Origin: Candidatus Ancaeobacter aquaticus
Lineage (GTDB): Bacteria > Auribacterota > Ancaeobacteria > Ancaeobacterales > Ancaeobacteraceae
Length of the DNA stretch: 52,907 nt
Reading direction: 5' to 3'
Assembly: GCA_030765405.1 (NCBI GenBank)
Contig: JAVCCP010000081.1
Span: 1-52,907, forward strand
The notes beneath the pieces are model-generated. The model was not told where the DNA came from. It was given only the letters and a program-made list of their open reading frames with translations, and did not search any database. This document shows, one piece after another, positions 20,440-29,777 of this stretch. The translations under genes were made by a program, and so were the position numbers. Each line of letters begins with the position of its first letter. The stretch's first letter is position 1.

Positions 20440-20868
20440 AACGTGGCAGAGAGAGGGGGGAGGGTAATACACCAGTCGCAAGGCAGAGCCTCACATAATG
20501 CCAATCCGGAAGAGGTCAAGAAAAAGGTGAGGAAGATATATCGAGAGAAGTACTGGGATTTATAGATGATGCAACCGGCAGAGTATATGGCAAGTTTTAT
20601 GAGTATGAAGGGACGATCCCGGCAATGGATCTTGATAGGTATTTATGCATCAAAACACAGCGTACAATTCGTAATGACTATTTATAACAGTAAGCTATAT
20701 CAGATAACAAGTGTGACAAAAGCTAAGAAAATAACGGTAGAAGAGGTATATTCCACCAATGAGTCACCCATATAAAAAGAGAATGCATGATAAAAGGTAC
20801 CAAAGAAAAGGGAAAGGACAGTTGCAGCTAGTTAATTAAAAACCGGACATTTTAACTTTGGGTTGACA
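20440..20868 (+). pseudogene. Internally deleted IS transposase remnant (ISNCY-like) with right end
   Basis: Discontinuous patches IHQSQGRASHN..KIYREKYWD, FIDDATGRVYGKFYEYEGTIPAMD, LDRYLCIKTQRTIRND, NSKLYQI..KKITVEE, PPMSHPYKK, then end-like ccggacattttaactttgggttgaca (20843-20868). Family call is by recall. Confidence 0.7.
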
Positions 20869-20885
20869 CAACTTTTCACCGACCC

Positions 20886-20914
20886 TTGACAAAACAACTT
20901 TTATAGTGTATATT
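20886..20914 (+). promoter_or_regulatory. sigma70-type promoter
   Basis: TTGACA (20886-20891), 17 nt, TATATT (20909-20914), upstream of the CDS at 20981. Confidence 0.6.
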
Positions 20915-20980
20915 ACAGTAAATACGTGAGTTACACGGAAATGCAACAAGATATGCCTTTTTAAATTCTTGTTTTGAAGG

Positions 20981-23900
20981 GTGGGTATAATTGTGAACAA
21001 TTACACGAAGAAAAAACGTCATAATTTTTTGGGTAAGGTTGTTATATGTCTGGTAGCAGCCTCTTTCCTTTGCCAAAACATTGTTTTTGCAACACCCAAT
21101 CAATTAATTAATTCTACCAGAAATGAGATTACTAAAAGAACACTTCAACCACCATCTAAGATTGATGAAAAAGAAGAGCAGGAATTATTTCTAAATTTAG
21201 CAAAAATGACCGAGCTATTAAAAACTATATCTCATCTTCTTCTCTCGGCCTATACTAAAGCCATAGAGACAGATGAAATTAGTGATGAGGATCTTGATAA
21301 AGTTGATAAAGCAGTTGCCGACAGCGAATTTGAGATAAAAGTACTCCTTAATAGATCAGTTGCTTTAGAAGATTTTAATACTCGAGAAAAATCAGATTTC
21401 ATAGCAGTTCCATTAAAAATTAAAGGTAAACATTATGTACTTATTATTAGATTGGACATTTCTAATATTACTGAAAATTGGGAAAAGTTTGAAAAAGAAA
21501 CTAAAGTAGCTCTTAAAGAAGTAATAGAGCTTGCTATTGATGAAAGAAAATACCTGGTTAGTCTACATAGCGTAGATGAGGGGGAAGATTTATTAGCCCT
21601 AGGTAACTTATGGAGGAAAAGCGTAAATGCTGATCCGGTGACAGCTAAGATTTTAGAAGAAGCGAAGAGGGAGTTGGTAAAATCTGGAAAAGGGTGCATT
21701 ATTAAACGAGATGGATTTAAATCCATCTCAATATTTCTGGTAATGTTGCTGGCTCTTGGGGGGATTGTTTCGTCTGTTGTGGCAATGCCTGACAGTATAG
21801 ATATTGGTCCGCCTATAGATGCAGAGGTGGCTTCTATCGGAGTCTTGGCGGATGTGCAACAAAGTAAAACACCTGTTATGGTGGAAAATATCTTATTAAA
21901 TATAGCTATGGAAGGTCCTATTCAAGCCCTAAATAATAAAAATGAGTACGTTCATCATATCACTGTAGCAGGCATAGTTAAAATTGGGACATCTGCAACC
22001 GAGCCAATGATTGATGTTTTGAGTAATAGCAATGGAACTAGAAGTCCATTTCAACGCGAATCTGCAGCAGAAATATTAGGTAAGCTCAAAGATAGAAGAG
22101 CCGTTAAACCCCTTATTGATATTGCAAAAGATCCTGCTGAAGACGAGTATTTTCGCATAACTGTAGTAGAAGCATTGGGTGAGCTCGGAGATCAAAGAGC
22201 AATAAAATCTCTCAGTGATATCGTGAATTCTGACGAAAACCTAAATATGCGCGAATTTGCTATAGAAGCATTAGGTAAAATAGGAGATAAAAGTGTAGTT
22301 AAGCTTTTATTTGACGCCTTGGAGAAGGATGAACAAAAAGACACTCTCGAAGCTACAGCAGCCGCACTTGGTGAACTCAAAGCTCAAAATGCTGCAAAGC
22401 CTCTTCTCAAATACTTATATGACGAAGATGGCGCTGTCTGGGGCGTTATAGTGAGAGCGTTGGGAGATATAGGAAACAGAAATGAAGAAATTATAGCCGC
22501 TATTACCAAAGTCCTGAAAAATGATGAAGAGGAGGAATATGTTCTCAATGATGCGGCAATGGCATTAGTCAAACTAGGAGTAAAAACTGAAAAGGCTAAA
22601 ACTCTCATCCTGAGAATTGCAAGCAATGTAGAAGAAGAATATGATGATGATATCCGCATCACTTCAATAGCATTATTAGGTAAAATAGTAGACGCAGATG
22701 TAACTAAGTCCCTTACTGATATCTTAAATAATCCTAATGAATCCCAAGCTGTCCGCGAGGCTGCTCAGAAGACATTGGGTAATGACATGGAAACACTTGA
22801 AAGGGCAATTAGCGCGCGCGGTCTCACTAGTAGAAACCTGGTACTTGCAGGTATGGAAGAGGCAGAACCGAAAGAGGATATTATAGCTAAAATGGAATCT
22901 GGATATTTACAAAAAGATTGTGGGGCTAAAGAAATTAAAGGATTTAGACTTCAAAGCAAAAAAGGTCATATAATAGCCGATAGCTCAGTAATAGTAGATC
23001 CTAAATTAGTATTAGGAATAGAGCATGTTGATAAATCGGTTAGAGATTTGCTTACCCCGAAGGTGATAAAAGAATTTATTAATGTTAACAAACTTCCCGA
23101 TGGTATGACTGTAGGTAAGATTATAAGCGAGATAAAAGCTATATTAGCCGGTGCGAATGTAAAGACGGATGAGGGAGATAGGCCGCTTGCAATACGGTAT
23201 TTAAAAGGTTATACGGTAGGGAAAAAGGTCATTTCTCATGCGGGAGTTAAGTATGGATGTGTATACCTTCCTAGTGATATGGTAAGGAACTCAAATCCAA
23301 AAATAGTGGCAAGAATAGAACTGCATGAATTACTGCATCATATTCTTGATGATCCAAATCACGTGATAATAAAAGGGGAGATGAAGAGTGAACGCGACGC
23401 GGTTTTATCAGATATTGTTACGTTAAGTAAAGAGGCCCAAGAGATAAGAGAAGAAATAGCGAATATAAAAGCGTTGAGAGATTTTGAAGCAAAGGAAAAG
23501 GGTTTCGTAACAATTAATAAGACAATTACGGATATGAGAGAAGCGACAAAGGCCCAGAATCCATCAATGATATGCGTGACAGTAGATCCGGATAATATGA
23601 TAGGTTGTGAAGATGAGATAAAGGCAATTAGTGCAAAGAAAAGGAATGCAAAGGTTATGCTGGTGGGTAAGAAAGGCTATGTGTGGACAGAAGATCAGCG
23701 CAATAAGCTCATGGGAAAATTCACTGATATACTAGTAGGATATATTACAGAGGAAGAATTAACAGAGATGAAGAAGATGCCTGAAATAGGGACATATGGA
23801 AAGGCATTGGTAGCATACGCAAATAAAAAGGTTTATAATGGGAATCCTGTATTTAAAGAGGTAGATTTAGCGTTTATAGATTCTGTATATGAGCAGAATC

Positions 23901-24286
23901 AATTAAAAGAAGTAATAGCGGGCATAAAAAATGTCATACCTGTAATAAAGGCAAAGATAAAGACCATAAAAGGGAAAGAAGATGTAGAAGGTAATCAGGC
24001 ATATAGAGATATAGGCACGTTAATAGATGTGGCGGAACTAGCGATAATGGCGCACAGGATAGCGGTAGAAAATGGATTAGACTTTAGCTCGATAACATTT
24101 GAGCAGTTAGCCAAAGGGCTAGGCGGTGATCTAGCAACTGAATTTCTTTCTGCCTTAGAAACATTGGGCATAAAGCCAACGGATAATGTTGCTGTAGGAT
24201 TGATTTCTGTTCCGCCGATAGAGACAATGCCGAAGGGATTGCAACAAAATGTTAATTCTTTGAGGGTGATGTTAATAGCTGCATAA
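20981..24286 (+). CDS. Large signal-peptide protein with HEAT (PBS-lyase-like) repeats and an HExxH motif
   Basis: Signal-like VVICLVAASFLCQNIVFA; repeated R..A.EALG.LGD..A...L units; ELHELLH. The start may instead be GTG 20993. Confidence 0.85.
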   Translation: MGIIVNNYTKKKRHNFLGKVVICLVAASFLCQNIVFATPNQLINSTRNEITKRTLQPPSKIDEKEEQELFLNLAKMTELLKTISHLLLSAYTKAIETDEISDEDLDKVDKAVADSEFEIKVLLNRSVALEDFNTREKSDFIAVPLKIKGKHYVLIIRLDISNITENWEKFEKETKVALKEVIELAIDERKYLVSLHSVDEGEDLLALGNLWRKSVNADPVTAKILEEAKRELVKSGKGCIIKRDGFKSISIFLVMLLALGGIVSSVVAMPDSIDIGPPIDAEVASIGVLADVQQSKTPVMVENILLNIAMEGPIQALNNKNEYVHHITVAGIVKIGTSATEPMIDVLSNSNGTRSPFQRESAAEILGKLKDRRAVKPLIDIAKDPAEDEYFRITVVEALGELGDQRAIKSLSDIVNSDENLNMREFAIEALGKIGDKSVVKLLFDALEKDEQKDTLEATAAALGELKAQNAAKPLLKYLYDEDGAVWGVIVRALGDIGNRNEEIIAAITKVLKNDEEEEYVLNDAAMALVKLGVKTEKAKTLILRIASNVEEEYDDDIRITSIALLGKIVDADVTKSLTDILNNPNESQAVREAAQKTLGNDMETLERAISARGLTSRNLVLAGMEEAEPKEDIIAKMESGYLQKDCGAKEIKGFRLQSKKGHIIADSSVIVDPKLVLGIEHVDKSVRDLLTPKVIKEFINVNKLPDGMTVGKIISEIKAILAGANVKTDEGDRPLAIRYLKGYTVGKKVISHAGVKYGCVYLPSDMVRNSNPKIVARIELHELLHHILDDPNHVIIKGEMKSERDAVLSDIVTLSKEAQEIREEIANIKALRDFEAKEKGFVTINKTITDMREATKAQNPSMICVTVDPDNMIGCEDEIKAISAKKRNAKVMLVGKKGYVWTEDQRNKLMGKFTDILVGYITEEELTEMKKMPEIGTYGKALVAYANKKVYNGNPVFKEVDLAFIDSVYEQNQLKEVIAGIKNVIPVIKAKIKTIKGKEDVEGNQAYRDIGTLIDVAELAIMAHRIAVENGLDFSSITFEQLAKGLGGDLATEFLSALETLGIKPTDNVAVGLISVPPIETMPKGLQQNVNSLRVMLIAA

Positions 24287-24335
24287 TTCGTTTCAAGAAT
24301 GATGACATTATCCTAGAACACCCAATAATTAATTT

Positions 24336-24376
24336 AATAAAAATGACTGCTCTATTTCGGCGCAGTCATTTTTATT
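24336..24376. terminator. Bidirectional intrinsic terminator
   Basis: aataaaaatgactgc (24336-24350) and gcagtcatttttatt (24362-24376) form a perfect 15-bp IR with an 11-nt loop and A/T tails. Confidence 0.85.
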
Positions 24377-24908
24377 GGTAGGGAAGACATGAAAAACTTA
24401 AAATTCAAAAGTAAAAAGTAAAAAATTGAGAAACCGGTAAAATGAATGATTTTTTCATGTCTGATTTAGCAAAAATGTGTCTCTGCGAAAAATCCAAAAA
24501 GCGATTTATTATCGTATCTCGTATACTTATAGAATAAAAAAATATAATTTTAAGATTTATGTGAATAACAAATCATATATTAACAATGAATTCATAAATC
24601 CATTCAAATTTGTAAAAACATCCAAATTCCTTCTAATCCCGCTAAAATAGTATTCCAAATTAACACTTAATAATGTGTGTAATAAATAGGCATTACATAT
24701 CCCAATAGATAACTATTCTTGTTAAAGAAAATGGTTTATAGGGCATTCTAGAGGCCAAATATTTAAGTAATCGGGGAAGCAGTCTTTACAGTTTTAAAAC
24801 AGTATTTTGTCTATTTCAAATAGTAGATATCTCAAATATTTCTAATGAATTTAATTTCCATAATCATATAGATCTATAGTAGGGAGTAAAAGAAGCTCAA
24901 TACAAGTT

Positions 24909-24939
24909 ATTACCACAACTTATCCACAAGTTATTCATA
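24909..24939 (+). promoter_or_regulatory. Three DnaA-box-like 9-mers at 11-bp period
   Basis: ATTACCACA (24909-17, 2 mismatches to TTWTNCACA), TTATCCACA (24920-28, perfect), TTATTCATA (24931-39, 1 mismatch). Confidence 0.45.
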
Positions 24940-24995
24940 TGCAATCATAAGATACGTAAACACAGTAGGATAGAAATCTAATTGCCGCATTGCGT

Positions 24996-25023
24996 ACTTG
25001 ACATAAGATGTATTATACGACGT
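24996..25023 (-). other. dif-like XerC/XerD recombination site
   Basis: Minus strand ACGTCGTATAA-TACATC-TTATGTCAAGT: 11-6-11 layout with inner ATAA/TTAT symmetry; the XerD-like arm is close to TTATGTTAAAT; gene orientation converges nearby. Confidence 0.75.
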
Positions 25024-25150
25024 TGAGAATTAGAGAAAGATGTGTATTGTGGGGATAAAATTCTTGCTGCAAAAATTAGTTCTCAGGATTTGAGCTCTAC
25101 TGATTCATATTTTTCTTGTTATTCATAGACTTGCCTTCTATAATTGCTTT

Positions 25151-25684
25151 ATGAAATCTACTAACAAAGCTTTTACACTCGTAGAATTAATGATAGTCCT
25201 ATCTATTATTGTTATATTATTTGCCCTGCTATTGCCTGGTCTTAAGAAATCTATGGATAAAGCTAAGCAATTAAAATGTCAGTCTCAGCTTAAGAATCTA
25301 TACACTGCTGTTGAGATTTATGCGCAAGAATATGATGGTATATACCCCTATATTGATAACAATCAGCCTGATAATGCGTATGTAGGTATTAGGCATGCAT
25401 TAGGTTTTTTTATTGATACTAATAATGACGATATTTTTAAATGCACAAATGGCTCATCAAAAACAGCACTCGATTCATATTATTATTATAACAGTCTCTT
25501 TAATGATGATCATCCCACTAATGCAGATATGGTTGCTCAAGAAACGAATACTCCCCCATCAAAAGTTTATATCTTTAGCTGTCGAAGTGGGTTTAAGGAC
25601 GGTTCTGCCCTAGAATACTATCCGCATTCCCATGGCGTAAATGTACTGTATACTGATGGTCATGTAACGTGGGAAAGGCAATAA
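25151..25684 (+). CDS. Prepilin-type N-terminal cleavage/methylation protein with H-X9-DG motif
   Basis: KAFTLVELMIVLSIIVILFALLLP type III signal; HSHGVNVLYTDGH C-terminal motif typical of PVC pilin-like proteins. Confidence 0.9.
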   Translation: MKSTNKAFTLVELMIVLSIIVILFALLLPGLKKSMDKAKQLKCQSQLKNLYTAVEIYAQEYDGIYPYIDNNQPDNAYVGIRHALGFFIDTNNDDIFKCTNGSSKTALDSYYYYNSLFNDDHPTNADMVAQETNTPPSKVYIFSCRSGFKDGSALEYYPHSHGVNVLYTDGHVTWERQ

Positions 25685-25692
25685 AATAACAT

Positions 25693-26577
25693 TTATTTCT
25701 TACGTGCTTTTATGGCAATATGTGTTCTCTTGCCAGCAAATAGTAGTGGAAAGATATTTCTTGTACTAAGTGACAGTATATTTTTCAAGCTAGATATTAT
25801 TTGAGGTGGAATGTCCCAGTTGAAACTATAAGATTTCTCTATTATAAATCCTGCTTTTTTTAGTAAATAGCAAATTTCATGAATAGAATAAAATCGTATA
25901 TGCGGTCTCTTTGTGGTGTAGCCATCCGGGATGTATCTCTCTACAAGTTCAGGGTCGAGATTTGATTTCCTGCTAAATAGCAATTTAATTATACCATTAA
26001 TATTATGTACATTATTAGTTTCCAGAAAACATACGCCGCCTGGCTTTAAACATGACTTAATAGTATTGATTAGCTTGTAAGGAGTATGTAGATGTTCAAT
26101 AACTTCCATGCAGGTAACGATATCAAAGCGTTCATTGAACGCATTGTCATTTTCCTTATTAAAGCAATAATCAAGCTCGCATGATATAAAATCAATTCCT
26201 TCGCTAAGAAAATAATCTTTAAACCCTAAATCGGATTGGATACATTTAATATTTTTGAACTTTCTTGCTTTACTGCGATAATTTTCCTCGTCTTCAGGTA
26301 AAATTAATCCGGTTCCTGTAAGGTGCATTTGTTTTTTATTAAAATAGATATCCTTGCATAACCTGAGAAAAGTTCCAGGGTATGCGCCAATATCAAGAAG
26401 ATGAGTACCATCTTTCACATCATGGGCAATATTCTTATAACATTCATAATATAATTTTGACCCTGAATAAGCCCGATGCGAATATTTGGGGTTAACATCA
26501 GGATGTTCATCAGTGATGTCGTACACAGTAGGGGTAAAATTATTTAATTTTTTGAGGTAGGCAATATAAGTAAGCAT
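25693..26577 (-). CDS. Class I SAM-dependent methyltransferase
   Basis: LLDIGAYPG motif I; FDIVTCMEVIEHL; KPGG. Confidence 0.88.
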   Translation of the reverse strand: MLTYIAYLKKLNNFTPTVYDITDEHPDVNPKYSHRAYSGSKLYYECYKNIAHDVKDGTHLLDIGAYPGTFLRLCKDIYFNKKQMHLTGTGLILPEDEENYRSKARKFKNIKCIQSDLGFKDYFLSEGIDFISCELDYCFNKENDNAFNERFDIVTCMEVIEHLHTPYKLINTIKSCLKPGGVCFLETNNVHNINGIIKLLFSRKSNLDPELVERYIPDGYTTKRPHIRFYSIHEICYLLKKAGFIIEKSYSFNWDIPPQIISSLKNILSLSTRNIFPLLFAGKRTHIAIKARKK

Positions 26578-26585
26578 AATGTATT

Positions 26586-27212
26586 TTATTCTAGCATATT
26601 GATTCTTGATGGCGGCCAGTACGTTAAAAATGCTTTACCTTTGATATTATTCTCAGGGACAAAACCCCAATAGCGGCTATCTCTACTATTGGCGCTGTTA
26701 TCACCGAGTACATAATAATGATCTTTAGGTATTAAAACTTTTTCTCCAGCTTTGCCAAATCCATTAGAATGAGAACCAACATTGTAGTAGGTGTTTGTTC
26801 TAAAAGTATCAGGAGTGACTAATGGGGTTCCGTTTATGTATAGATGGCCATCTATAATTTCAACTGAATCTCCAGGGAGTCCTACGAGACGTTTGATGTA
26901 ATCCTTATTTTGATCGAGCCCTAGAATTCCTTTTGTTTTAAAAACAATTATGTCTCCCCTTTCGGGTTTTTTGAAATAATAGAGAAATTTGTTAACGAGT
27001 ATCCTGTCTCCACCGCTTTTTGCCCCATGTAAAGTTGGTTCCATTGAGCCAGTTGGAATTTTATATGCTTGAACAATAAAAGTTCTGACAAACATTGCGA
27101 TTATAAATGCGTATATAATTGCTTCTGTGTATTCTTTCACAACCGGATGCCTATGGAAGAAACTCTTTACAGATGCAATAACGCCATTTTTATTTGAAAG
27201 TCTATTATTCAT
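26586..27212 (-). CDS. lepB: Signal peptidase I
   Basis: IPTGSMEPTL (Ser), YIKRLVGLPGD (Lys), GDNSANSRDSRYWG. Confidence 0.95.
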   Translation of the reverse strand: MNNRLSNKNGVIASVKSFFHRHPVVKEYTEAIIYAFIIAMFVRTFIVQAYKIPTGSMEPTLHGAKSGGDRILVNKFLYYFKKPERGDIIVFKTKGILGLDQNKDYIKRLVGLPGDSVEIIDGHLYINGTPLVTPDTFRTNTYYNVGSHSNGFGKAGEKVLIPKDHYYVLGDNSANSRDSRYWGFVPENNIKGKAFLTYWPPSRINMLE

Positions 27213-27222
27213 TATAGTAATA

Positions 27223-28728
27223 TCATTCTTTAAATAGGACTTTAAGGTATTCCTGTGTAGTATCTTTTAGTGCACGTTTTGTTATTTCTTCAAGATCATT
27301 GAGATCAAAAGGTTTTTTTAACTCAGCAAAAGCATCATATTTCAGCTCGTCAATCTCTGTTCTTAAATTGCTATGTCCCGTCATAATTATGACGGGAACT
27401 ATATCATCAATATTTTTAATCTGCCTCAATATGTCAATGCCGTCTATTCCTCCTGGTAAAACAATATCAAGAAATACTAAATCAAAATTTGTGTTATTGA
27501 ATGCCTTAAGGGCGTCCTTTCCGGTGGATGCTGCATAAACATTATATCCTTTAGAGCTAAAAAGATCTTTAATCATATCCCTGATATTCTTTTCATTGTC
27601 TACAACTAAAATGTTAGTTTTATCAGGCAATATCCCAAACTTTAGTTTTAACTCTTCTAGATCTTTATTTATTCTATATTTTTCTTTCAGATGCTTTGTG
27701 CCGATTGTCATAATTCCAAGAATAATGAGCAGGACTGAAGATCCAAGAATGAGGAGTAATATTGAATCAAAGATACTTGTACTGTTTCTTAGAACAAGAG
27801 CACAAATCCCCGTGCATATTGCAAGCATATATATAACAAGTACCGCGTGGTGTTTTTTTAAACCAATTGCAACGAGTCTATGTGATAAATGATCTTGCGC
27901 GCAATGTTTAAGTGCTTCACGAAACGTTTTAGTGACTTTGTGATAATGACGACTTATTACAGTAAATAGTATATCGAAGATAGGTATGCCAAGAATAAAC
28001 ACGGGTATTGTAATAGAAATAAATGGATTTGTGTTCCACTCCCCCATTACACTAAGTGACCCTAAGAGAAACCCGATAAAAAAACTGCCGGCATCACCAA
28101 GGAATATTGTTGCTGGCCTGAAATTATATCTTAAAAACCCTAAGCAACTTCCCGCAAGAGCAATGCTTAGCATGCCAAACCACCACTGTTGTGTTTGGAT
28201 CGCAACAATAGTAAAAAAGAATGATGCAATAAATGCCACACCGGGAGAAAGGCCGTCCATGTTATCTATCGCGTTAAATGCGCTTGTAACACCGACGATC
28301 CATAAAATGGTTAAAGTAAGATTGCCTATATAGAAAAAGATATTACCAGCTGGGAATATCTTAAGTATTACACCGAATTGAGCTAATAATATGGTTAGTA
28401 ATACAAGAATGATGAACTTAATCGTTCCAGACAACCCTTTTCTGAGATCATCGATAATTCCGACAAGGAGTGCTACACAACTGCCATATACTATCGCTTT
28501 AAGTGGATTAGAGTAATATCTGGTCAGAACAATAGATAGCACAAAAGGAATGAAGACTGCGATTCCACCCCATAAAGGGACTGAACGTGTATGTATTTTC
28601 CCTTTCCCAGGCTTGTCGTAAATGTTGAATACTTGTGCAAGTTTTCTGATTAATGGTGTAACCAAAAGCGCACATATGAGAGAAAATAAGAAAATAAATA
28701 AATAAGTTTTAAACCAATACGTCGACAT
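27223..28728 (-). CDS. WecA/TagO/MraY-family (GT4-type) polyprenyl-phosphate HexNAc-1-P transferase fused to a C-terminal receiver domain
   Basis: GIIDD, AFNAIDNMDGL, FLGDAGS, DHLSHRL; C-terminal ILVVDNE..LVFLD..IIMTG..KKPF. Confidence 0.9.
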   Translation of the reverse strand: MSTYWFKTYLFIFLFSLICALLVTPLIRKLAQVFNIYDKPGKGKIHTRSVPLWGGIAVFIPFVLSIVLTRYYSNPLKAIVYGSCVALLVGIIDDLRKGLSGTIKFIILVLLTILLAQFGVILKIFPAGNIFFYIGNLTLTILWIVGVTSAFNAIDNMDGLSPGVAFIASFFFTIVAIQTQQWWFGMLSIALAGSCLGFLRYNFRPATIFLGDAGSFFIGFLLGSLSVMGEWNTNPFISITIPVFILGIPIFDILFTVISRHYHKVTKTFREALKHCAQDHLSHRLVAIGLKKHHAVLVIYMLAICTGICALVLRNSTSIFDSILLLILGSSVLLIILGIMTIGTKHLKEKYRINKDLEELKLKFGILPDKTNILVVDNEKNIRDMIKDLFSSKGYNVYAASTGKDALKAFNNTNFDLVFLDIVLPGGIDGIDILRQIKNIDDIVPVIIMTGHSNLRTEIDELKYDAFAELKKPFDLNDLEEITKRALKDTTQEYLKVLFKE

Positions 28729-28729
28729 C

Positions 28730-29770
28730 CTAGGATGATAACAGAAAGGACACTATTTTATCAATTTCTTTTTTCTTTAGCGTGGGATATATAGGAATAG
28801 AATAGACAGTTTTCCACGCGCTCATTGTATTTGTAAAATGATTGTCTGGTAAATTAAAATATTTATGAAGGGGTTTAAATATCGGTTTTTTTATGCAAAT
28901 ATTCTCTTTTTTTGCCCGTAAGACAAATTCATTTTGTTTTCTTTCTATACGAATTAAATATCTGAAATAGTTATTAGATTTATCAGTATTCCTCTCTATA
29001 TATAAAGGGGTGTTTTTTAACTTATTATTATAATATGATGCAATAGTATGTCGCGCGGATATGAAGTTCTTTAGTTGTTTTAACTGTGAAATACCCATTG
29101 ATGCTGAGACATCAGTCATTTTGTAATTATACCGGGTTTTATAAGTTCGTTTTTCATCATAATCACGCATATCTTTGGCAAATTCGTATAGTTTTTTGTT
29201 CTTGGTGAGAATCATCCCTCCCTCCCCTGCGGATGTTATCACTTTTGTTGAATAAAACGAAAACATTGAAACATCACTGAAAGTGCCAAGAGGTCTTTTA
29301 TTGAGAGATGCACCAATTGATTGAGCACAATCTTCTATTATAGGAATTCTGTATTGTGATAGTTTCTCTATCTTTGCTGCATGACCAAAGAGATGAGGCA
29401 CTATAATGGCTTTTGTTCTTCTATTTATTTTTCTCTTAACATCTACCGGAGAGAGGTTGAAATCATCTAGATCAATATCTACGAGCTGTGGGGTAGCTCC
29501 AACATAGTGTATTGCATTCAAGAGAGCAGTGCACACATAACTAGGTATGATTACTTCATCTCCTGGGTGTATATTGCTTGATAATAGTGCAAGATGTAAG
29601 GCACTCGTTCCAGAACTAGTTGCTAATGCATATCTATCAAAGTGTTTTTTTGAGAATAGCCTCTCAAATTCGGTTACTTTTTTTCCTTGTGAGATGTATC
29701 CGGATTTAAGTACATCGTTAATAGCGATAATATCATTTTTACTTATGGTTGGTTTATTATGATTAATCAT
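28730..29770 (-). CDS. DegT/DnrJ/EryC1/StrS-family PLP aminotransferase
   Basis: SSGTSALHLAL, IEDCAQSIG, FSFYSTKVIT, RYNYKMTD. Confidence 0.93.
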   Translation of the reverse strand: MINHNKPTISKNDIIAINDVLKSGYISQGKKVTEFERLFSKKHFDRYALATSSGTSALHLALLSSNIHPGDEVIIPSYVCTALLNAIHYVGATPQLVDIDLDDFNLSPVDVKRKINRRTKAIIVPHLFGHAAKIEKLSQYRIPIIEDCAQSIGASLNKRPLGTFSDVSMFSFYSTKVITSAGEGGMILTKNKKLYEFAKDMRDYDEKRTYKTRYNYKMTDVSASMGISQLKQLKNFISARHTIASYYNNKLKNTPLYIERNTDKSNNYFRYLIRIERKQNEFVLRAKKENICIKKPIFKPLHKYFNLPDNHFTNTMSAWKTVYSIPIYPTLKKKEIDKIVSFLLSS

Positions 29771-29777
29771 AGTCTTA

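Noticed and set aside
20566..20775. 69-aa ORF as a real small protein
   Set aside because: It is a frameshift product of the transposase remnant; only its last third is in the transposase frame.
24998..25016. TTGACA plus TATTAT as promoter for the pilin gene
   Set aside because: Spacing is only 7 nt; both motifs are parts of the dif arms.
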